Shown here: piece by piece, positions 1-5,264 of the stretch
Position numbering within the stretch: the first letter of the stretch is position 1
Layout: every line of letters begins with the position of its first letter
Sequence record: OQ473814.1
DNA: 12,735 nucleotides
Direction: 5' to 3' (one strand)
Notes under the pieces: model-generated
What the model was told of the DNA's origin: nothing
Database searches by the model: none
What the model saw: only the letters and a program-made list of their open reading frames with translations
Made by a program: the position numbers and the translations under genes

Positions 1-78
1 GCGTCTCGCGGCAGCGTCTCGCGGCAGCGTCTCGCGGCAGCGTCTCGCGGCAGCGTCTCGCGTCGGCGTCTCGCGAGG
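1..78 (+). repeat. Terminal tandem array of the 13-bp unit GCGTCTCGCGGCA
   Basis: Perfect units at 1-13, 14-26, 27-39 and 40-52; variants GCGTCTCGCGTCG (53-65) and GCGTCTCGCGAGG (66-78); CGAGG x3 at 74-88. Confidence 0.97.
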
Positions 79-201
79 CGAGGCGAGGCGTGAGGGTCGC
101 GAAGGGCAGCGCGTGGCATGGCGGACGCCCGCGGTCGCGGAGAGCCACGTGAGCGGAGCGTGGTCGAGGGGCGTAGGAGAGGAGGGCGTAGGAGAGAAGC
201 C
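1..201 (+). repeat. Left inverted terminal repeat (162-bp core 40-201 plus three extra 13-bp units at 1-39)
   Basis: 40-201 is the exact reverse complement of 12574-12735 (checked base by base); identity breaks at 202/12573. Confidence 0.98.
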
Positions 202-211
202 GGAGAGAAGC

Positions 212-271
212 GGACGGGTTAAGGGCGTTAGACCCGCCCCCCGCCTTAGGACGGAGTAGGGCGTTAGACCC
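212..271 (+). repeat. Subterminal direct repeat GGACGG-N3/4-AGGGCGTTAGACCC x2
   Basis: AGGGCGTTAGACCC is exact at 222-235 and 258-271, each preceded by GGACGG (212-217, 249-254). Confidence 0.85.
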
Positions 272-360
272 ATATCCCTAGGGGGGCAACTACCATGTCA
301 GACCCACGCAGACCCCGATCAGAATGAGCGTTGCCCCCCACATAAGGGTCGTGGCGGGGC

Positions 361-450
361 TTAAATAGGTTCGCCCCCGCGGTCGCGGTCTTCGCGGTAT
401 AGAAGGTCAAAGGGGATGCCGTGGTCCTTGAGGAGTTCGGGGAGGTTCAT
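361..450 (-). CDS. Small hypothetical protein, 29 aa (MNLPELLKDHGIPFDLLYREDRDRGGEPI), not in the ORF track
   Basis: ATG (450-448) overlaps the TGA of ORF 447-779 as ATGA; GAGGCG SD-like motif upstream; ends TAA at 363-361. Confidence 0.5.
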   Translation of the reverse strand: MNLPELLKDHGIPFDLLYREDRDRGGEPI

Positions 451-779
451 GTTGTCGCCTCTAGTCTCTTGAGACATTCACTGTACGGCAGAAATTTCGT
501 AGCCTCTTGGCATATGATGGGATAGAGTTCACGCGGTGGCGGTGAATTGTCTAGGTAGTCGGCAGCCGCGTCAATTAACTCTACGCAGAGTTTCTTGATG
601 CGGTCGTTATTGACGGACTTGAGGGTTACGATCGCGGACAGAACTAGGGATCTACCGTTAGCCCGTGATCTCCTACGGATATAGTTCGTTAGGCTAGTGG
701 ACAGGAGGTTCACGTAGACTTGATCCATGCCCTCTACGGGGATAGCCTCTAACTTAATTAGGAGGTCGCGGAGGGTCAT
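447..779 (-). CDS. Hypothetical alpha-helical protein, 110 aa; probable paralog of 12228-12572
   Basis: ATG coupled to the upstream stop (TAATG); VNLLSTSLTNYIR matches VNMLLNSLRLYLR of the right-terminal ORF. Confidence 0.85.
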   Translation of the reverse strand: MTLRDLLIKLEAIPVEGMDQVYVNLLSTSLTNYIRRRSRANGRSLVLSAIVTLKSVNNDRIKKLCVELIDAAADYLDNSPPPRELYPIICQEATKFLPYSECLKRLEATT

Positions 780-1486
780 TATTCATCACCCTTATTCAAT
801 TGGGATAGGTATTCTTGATAGTAGTAATGACCACGGCTTACTATCGTAAGTGCATGCTTACTGAACTTCCTATTGACTAGTTCGCCGGTATCCTCAATCA
901 AGATTAAGGCTTCGTAAGGCGTAACGCTATTGACTATACCGGTCCTTTCTTGATGCCCGTGCCATATCTTTACCGTGTCGCCCATGCATAGGACGTTAAA
1001 CCATACAAATTTGGCACAGTGCGTTGATATCATATCAAAGTACATCGAGGGGTCTCCGCGTTGTCCCGTTATGGGTTGTGGACCTCTAGTGATGTCTCTA
1101 GGCTTAGCCCTAGCCTTCTCAATCTCCGCCTCAAGTCTAGGCTTAACCGCGGGTATCATAATGTCCTCTTCTACGTCTATCTCTTCCTCTTCCTCTTTGC
1201 CCTGTAGGATATTGTAGGCGTACTGGACTAGTTTAGGGTCTACCTCGTACTCCTCAAGTATCCTAGAGAAGTCGGCGTATTCTTTGGCGTGTTCTCCCAT
1301 CATGTCAAAAATCTTAGGGAGAAGAATGTTGAGGTCCTTAACCCCGCTTAACTTAGATAGGTTGCGGGTATATCCCTCAACTTGTTTCTTTGCCTTCGGA
1401 TCACTTATTAACCCGATCAGGTCGTTATATGACTTGATCGGGGTCTTTTTTGGGGGTGAATCCCCCGCGTTTTGTGGGTTGTGCAT
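779..1486 (-). CDS. Hypothetical protein, 235 aa: helical N-domain, acidic linker, C-terminal SH3/KOW-like beta-barrel
   Basis: Long ORF with TTATAA 27-32 nt upstream; C-terminal GDTVKIWHG...TGIVNSV...ALILIEDTG pattern resembles KOW/SH3 barrels. Confidence 0.85.
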   Translation of the reverse strand: MHNPQNAGDSPPKKTPIKSYNDLIGLISDPKAKKQVEGYTRNLSKLSGVKDLNILLPKIFDMMGEHAKEYADFSRILEEYEVDPKLVQYAYNILQGKEEEEEIDVEEDIMIPAVKPRLEAEIEKARAKPRDITRGPQPITGQRGDPSMYFDMISTHCAKFVWFNVLCMGDTVKIWHGHQERTGIVNSVTPYEALILIEDTGELVNRKFSKHALTIVSRGHYYYQEYLSQLNKGDE

Positions 1487-1512
1487 TGTAGCCGATAATT
1501 CTTATTCGCCCC

Positions 1513-1518
1513 TTATAA
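1513..1518 (-). promoter_or_regulatory. TATA box for a probably leaderless leftward transcript (1486 -> 361)
   Basis: TTATAA lies 27-32 nt upstream of the ATG at 1486, the usual crenarchaeal leaderless spacing. Confidence 0.7.
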
Positions 1519-1655
1519 GTTGGCGTCGATAGGTACGATACTCGAACCTTATCTTGGCTAAGTGAATATAACGTGATTATCGGCAACTGAATATTTGGCA
1601 AATGCCGATATTATGAGGGTAAGCGTGAGAGGGTAGGTTAGGAGTTATAGGCAAG

Positions 1656-1665
1656 TATATATAAA
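1656..1665 (+). promoter_or_regulatory. TATA box (TATATATAAA) for the rightward early transcript
   Basis: Strongest AT-only element in the divergent intergenic region, preceded by purine-rich AGGCAAG (BRE-like) and ending 32 nt before ATG 1697. Confidence 0.7.
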
Positions 1666-1696
1666 GGGCGAGTGGGTAGGTAGGGATAGACCCAAA

Positions 1697-2080
1697 ATGT
1701 CAAATCCGAACCAAACCCAAAATCCGGGATTTGACGGGCTGGAGGCTTTTTTGGGGGAGAACGTAAGGACAACTATCTCCCTTTCGCCTAGTCAATCCCT
1801 TCTCGTGGTAGTCTTGAGCTACAAAGGTAAGAGGCAGTATAAGGGGAAGAACGGGGACTACGAGAAACTTGAGTTTGAGGTTAAGGTAGTCTCCGATAAC
1901 CTTAACGTGTACACGGGACTAGAGGGATCCCTTCTACTGAGTACCGCTCTGTACCCGCAAATTAGGAGGGCATTAACCAACAAGGAGACGTGCTGGAAGG
2001 TAACAAGGGGGAGAATAACGGAGTTGAGTAGTTTCCCCGCGGAGTTCTGTGCTAGCAAACTAGGAGGCGGGCAGGCATAA
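1697..2080 (+). CDS. Hypothetical protein, 127 aa; possible OB-fold ssDNA-binding protein
   Basis: First gene after the promoter; beta-rich pattern with a basic/aromatic hairpin (YKGKRQYKGKNGDYEKLEFEVKV), then a helix and WKVTR strand. CDS is secure; the fold call is tentative. Confidence 0.8.
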   Translation: MSNPNQTQNPGFDGLEAFLGENVRTTISLSPSQSLLVVVLSYKGKRQYKGKNGDYEKLEFEVKVVSDNLNVYTGLEGSLLLSTALYPQIRRALTNKETCWKVTRGRITELSSFPAEFCASKLGGGQA

Positions 2081-2091
2081 ACATCAACCAA

Positions 2092-2316
2092 ATGCAATTG
2101 CCCGAACAAGTTAAGGTCCACGCGTTCATGGATGATGACACGGAGATTACCATGGTAGTGGAAAGGTCCGATCTCCTAGAGTACGTGGAAGGGTTACGCG
2201 AGTTCTTAGTGGGGAAGGGATACAAGACTTCCACGTTTAAGGCAATCTCTAGGACCCATACCGTCTATATGACTTGGGACGCGGAGGGGTCTAACAGTGA
2301 GGATAGAGACGCTTAA
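2092..2316 (+). CDS. Hypothetical protein, 74 aa
   Basis: ATG 11 nt after the previous stop; fits the operon tiling. Confidence 0.8.
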   Translation: MQLPEQVKVHAFMDDDTEITMVVERSDLLEYVEGLREFLVGKGYKTSTFKAISRTHTVYMTWDAEGSNSEDRDA

Positions 2317-2479
2317 GGGGATAGTTAAGGAAGGTACCCGCGTTAAGGTAACTACGAACAACCACAGTTACGAGGGTACCATCTCCTACATGGATGACGC
2401 GGTTATCGTGAATACGGCGGACGGCAAAGTAGTCATAGTAGCCTCGGCGGTTAAGGAATTGACGGTATTGGGGGAGTAA
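2297..2479 (+). CDS. Sm/LSm/Hfq-like small beta-barrel protein, 60 aa
   Basis: GTG start with GGAGGGGT SD at 2283-2290; helix then [23 protein letters not shown]...[14 protein letters not shown] follows the Sm1/Sm2 pattern. CDS is likely; the fold is moderately supported. Confidence 0.7.
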   Translation: [60 protein letters not shown]

Positions 2480-2480
2480 C

Positions 2481-2657
2481 ATGACCCTTATCGTAATCAC
2501 GTTTAAGATAGACCGCGATACTCTAGACGTTTTGGACTCAGTGGCGGGGTCCCTCAAAATGAACAGGTCCGAGTTCATTAGGAGGGCGATAAGCCACGAG
2601 ATAGCGAGTTACGTGAATAAGGACGCAAAGGCTAGAGTTGAGAGGGTTAAGCTATGA
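2481..2657 (+). CDS. Ribbon-helix-helix (CopG/Arc/MetJ-like) DNA-binding protein, 58 aa; not in the ORF track
   Basis: MTLIVITFKIDRDTLDVLDSVAGSLKMNRSEFIRRAISHEIASYVNKDAKARVERVKL: ITFKID strand, helix, NRSEFIRRAI helix; GGGGAG SD; fills the gap exactly with an ATGA overlap at 2654-2657. Confidence 0.92.
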   Translation: MTLIVITFKIDRDTLDVLDSVAGSLKMNRSEFIRRAISHEIASYVNKDAKARVERVKL

Positions 2658-3061
2658 TCGACCTACCTATTCTTTCAATCGGACACTTTAAGGACGGCAG
2701 GACGGGGATGGAATTCAAGGGGATCATGATCTACAGTACTCAGACTTTCGTTATCGTAAAGGACCTAGACCATGAGAAATACTACTTGATCGAGCAGGAA
2801 AACGGCGGTGCCATGGATATCACGGAGGAGTGGACAAGTTACGTGAAAGAGCATGAGGACTTTGATAAAGCCGTAGACCTCACTATTTGGTTCATCAAGA
2901 AAAGCGTGCAGGCAGGGACGCCCGTAAATCCCTTAATCCCGCCTATGTTCGTGAACCAGATTGAGCCCGATATCGCGGAGATATTGAGGATCGTGCTAGC
3001 GAAACTTGAGAAAATGGTAGGGGAGGAGGAGGAAAATGCCGACACTCCTAGAGGAAACTGA
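2654..3061 (+). CDS. Hypothetical protein, 135 aa; probable paralog of 3036-3344
   Basis: ATGA-coupled to the RHH gene; YYLIEQENGGAMDITEEW motif resembles one in the next ORF. Confidence 0.85.
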   Translation: MIDLPILSIGHFKDGRTGMEFKGIMIYSTQTFVIVKDLDHEKYYLIEQENGGAMDITEEWTSYVKEHEDFDKAVDLTIWFIKKSVQAGTPVNPLIPPMFVNQIEPDIAEILRIVLAKLEKMVGEEEENADTPRGN

Positions 3062-3344
3062 CGGTAAGATTTATGTGTGGATAGATCCCGAACTCGTTAT
3101 CTACACTACGGACCGCGGGATCTACTTACAAACCGCGGACGGTAGAACCGTGGACGTAACCCACGCGTGGCAAAGGATTATGAGGAGTAACCCCGGCGAT
3201 TCAATCAAGATTTACTTGATCATGAACGCGGTCTACCTACGCAGAAAGTTCTACCATAAACCCGTGGATAGCCTAATTGAGGAATACGCGGAGTTAATCC
3301 GCCCTTACGTAGAACGACTAGTGAGGGAGGCCCTACGAGGATAG
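3036..3344 (+). CDS. Hypothetical protein, 102 aa; probable paralog of 2654-3061
   Basis: GGAGGAGG SD upstream of the ATG; motif IYLQTADGRTVDVTHAW. Confidence 0.85.
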   Translation: MPTLLEETDGKIYVWIDPELVIYTTDRGIYLQTADGRTVDVTHAWQRIMRSNPGDSIKIYLIMNAVYLRRKFYHKPVDSLIEEYAELIRPYVERLVREALRG

Positions 3345-3364
3345 ACCTATCCGATTGCTTTGAT

Positions 3365-3949
3365 ATGCCTAGGCTCACGAGTTTGGGCTTTAGGATAACT
3401 ACGCGGAGATGGACCATAGAGGACCTTAGCAAGATTGAGCAGTGTATGGGTGTGATTGAGAATTCCACGGAATTCCAAAGGTGCCTAGGTAGGAGGAGGA
3501 CGGACGTATTGGCGATCCGCAGGTATATCCTAGCTGTCCGTAACAAGGAAGCCCCGGCTATTCTCGTGGTACCGCCCGTTATTTCGGTGGAAGGGGTTCA
3601 ATCCGAACAGGGGGAGGAGGGGGGAGAAACGTGCAGTTCGATCGATGAGGGTGAACCCCTATGTGTATACGGGTGGTTTAACCCGGATTGCGTAGCGGAG
3701 GCAGTTACGGGTGCGTCTATGGACTACGCTACTGAACAAGCGGGGGATGAGGGTAGGATCAGGGTCAAATACGGGACGGGCGTAGAAGAACGCCCTTGTG
3801 ATAACCCGCAAATAGGTCCTATCGTAGATATCGAGTACCACGGGACTACAGTGTGCAGTGGCGAGGGATCCCTAGAGGAGTTAATGGAAGAGGCGTTACA
3901 ACACATAGATGAATACTTTGCGGAGATGGGGGAGGACTTCAATGAGTAG
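3365..3949 (+). CDS. Hypothetical protein, 194 aa: basic N-terminal Myb/SANT-like HTH candidate and acidic Cys-containing C-domain
   Basis: RRWTIEDLSKI...LGRRRTDVLAIRRYIL resembles the WT.E...LG.R...R Myb-type pattern; overlaps the next gene by 8 nt. Confidence 0.8.
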   Translation: MPRLTSLGFRITTRRWTIEDLSKIEQCMGVIENSTEFQRCLGRRRTDVLAIRRYILAVRNKEAPAILVVPPVISVEGVQSEQGEEGGETCSSIDEGEPLCVYGWFNPDCVAEAVTGASMDYATEQAGDEGRIRVKYGTGVEERPCDNPQIGPIVDIEYHGTTVCSGEGSLEELMEEALQHIDEYFAEMGEDFNE

Positions 3950-4313
3950 TTGGAGGGTACCCATAGACCCGGTTCACCCCTACGTAACGCTAGACTGGGA
4001 CGTGCGTTATGACACGCGACACTCTACCCTTAAGTGGCGGTCCATGGTAGCGTTTTTGACGGGGGCGGGGATTCACGAGGTCATGACAAGGCACAGTGCG
4101 GGCGGAAACACTCACGTGATCATTAAGTGGACCTACGACCTCACGTTTTGGGAGAGGCTAGTTATACGTTCAATTCTACAGGATGATCCCTACCGTATTA
4201 GTGCCGATATTAGACGTTACTACCGCGGTCTACCGGTTGAACGTTTATTCGGGATTAAGGCGACCCCGGGCGTTTTACGTAAAGCCGGACCGTGGACAAG
4301 AGAAACTTTTTAG
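3942..4313 (+). CDS. Minimal archaeo-eukaryotic primase (AEP)-like protein, 123 aa
   Basis: Start moved to ATG 3942 (GGAGGA SD at 3931-3936). Motif I VTLDWD (D18, D20), motif II RHSAGGNTHVII (S52, H58) and a motif III candidate QDDPYR (D81/D82) occur in AEP order. Confidence 0.7.
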   Translation: MSSWRVPIDPVHPYVTLDWDVRYDTRHSTLKWRSMVAFLTGAGIHEVMTRHSAGGNTHVIIKWTYDLTFWERLVIRSILQDDPYRISADIRRYYRGLPVERLFGIKATPGVLRKAGPWTRETF

Positions 4314-4335
4314 CCCGTTTATCGAGTAGCCGTTT

Positions 4336-4773
4336 ATGAGCGAACCAAATTCTCAAGGGCAAACGGAGGGGTCTAACCCCGCGGAAAAGCCTAAATCTAC
4401 CCCGCCTTCTAAGGTGGAATGTAGAATTTGCGGTAAGAAAGTGAACCCCGCGGGTCTACCACGCCACGAGTGGAGTCATATACCCGACATATACGACAAA
4501 ATGAAAGAGTTAGAGAACAAAATCGCGGAGTTAAAGGCAGTTCAAACTCAACCCGCCCCGGCAGTACCCTCAACTAGTACTCAACCTAACCCCGGGGCCG
4601 CCCCGGCGACCGTGAAAGTTAAGGACGTTAAGCCGTTATTGGACACCGTGCTAGAGCATGTAAAGAGTTGTCCGGAGTGCCGTAGGGAGTTAGGGGAGTG
4701 GCTAACTCAGAATACGAAACAATTCGCTGAGTGGTTCGTACCGGAGGACCAAAGAAAGAGGCTTAGGCTATGA
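4336..4773 (+). CDS. Zinc-finger protein, 145 aa: C2H2 finger, coiled coil, Pro-rich linker, HxxxCxxC motif
   Basis: C29-x2-C32-x11-H44-x3-H48; heptad DKMKELENKIAELKA; H108-x3-C112-x2-C115. Confidence 0.88.
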   Translation: MSEPNSQGQTEGSNPAEKPKSTPPSKVECRICGKKVNPAGLPRHEWSHIPDIYDKMKELENKIAELKAVQTQPAPAVPSTSTQPNPGAAPATVKVKDVKPLLDTVLEHVKSCPECRRELGEWLTQNTKQFAEWFVPEDQRKRLRL

Positions 4774-5264
4774 AAATTGAGATTGATCACGATAACGCGG
4801 ACAATAACCCCGCGGAGGGGGAGGAGGTTGAGGTAGTTGAGGAGGTAACTAAGACTGAACCTACGCCCGCGACTCCTCAACCTCAACCCGTAACTCCTCA
4901 ACCCGCCCCCGTGGATCCCCGCGTGGATCAACTTGAGAGTAGGATAGCTCAACTAGAGAATTCCTTTACTCAACTTACGGACGCCCTTAACAAGTACTTT
5001 AATGCTCAAGGGCAGGGGCAGGTACCTCAAGGACAAGGGCAGGGAGGGATGGAATGGTTAGGTCCCGTAGCTCAACTCCTAGGTAGTCTCTTTCAATCCC
5101 GCGGTGGTAGTGATCAACTGACTAGCGTGTTGTTAGGGCTAGCGATCGATAACCTAAAATCTAGTGCAGAATTGAACAGGGCGGTGGCGGGGGCGGTAGT
5201 AAAGAAACTTTTAGGCGAGGCTATCGCTAGTGAACTAGGAGAGGTGGTTGTAAGTCATGAGTAA
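4770..5264 (+). CDS. Acidic/Pro-rich coiled-coil protein with amphipathic C-terminal helices, 164 aa (possible scaffold or assembly factor)
   Basis: ATGA overlap; E/P-rich N-terminus, VDQLESRIAQLENS heptads, QG-rich linker, WLGPVAQLLGSLF helix. Confidence 0.85.
   Translation: MKIEIDHDNADNNPAEGEEVEVVEEVTKTEPTPATPQPQPVTPQPAPVDPRVDQLESRIAQLENSFTQLTDALNKYFNAQGQGQVPQGQGQGGMEWLGPVAQLLGSLFQSRGGSDQLTSVLLGLAIDNLKSSAELNRAVAGAVVKKLLGEAIASELGEVVVSHE

Noticed and set aside
1-78. Terminal repeats as a CRISPR array
   Set aside because: 13-bp units are directly adjacent with no spacers; no cas genes.
975-1532. Plus-strand ORFs 975-1217 and 1284-1532
   Set aside because: Antisense shadows of the 235-aa gene with no expression signals; the poly-Ser mirrors its Glu run.
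447-3344. Assignment of small early ORFs to known archaeal anti-CRISPRs (AcrID1, AcrIII-1)
   Set aside because: No recognisable similarity to the sequences as I recall them; kept only as a positional hypothesis.
3909-3941. Track start at 3909 for the AEP-like ORF; likewise GTG 6484 and TTG 6946
   Set aside because: Downstream ATGs (3942, 6493, 6955) have SD motifs or typical spacing; 6484 lies within the SD itself.
1858-3942. Minus-strand ORFs 1858-2121, 2052-2234, 2291-2578, 2839-3045, 3220-3546, 3724-3942 and plus-strand 3659-3841
   Set aside because: Fully overlap better-supported, coupled plus-strand genes, including the RHH at 2481-2657.
3942-4313. HUH-endonuclease (Rep) reading of the His-containing motif
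   Set aside because: THVII has one His rather than H-hydrophobic-H, and the upstream DxD fits AEP better.
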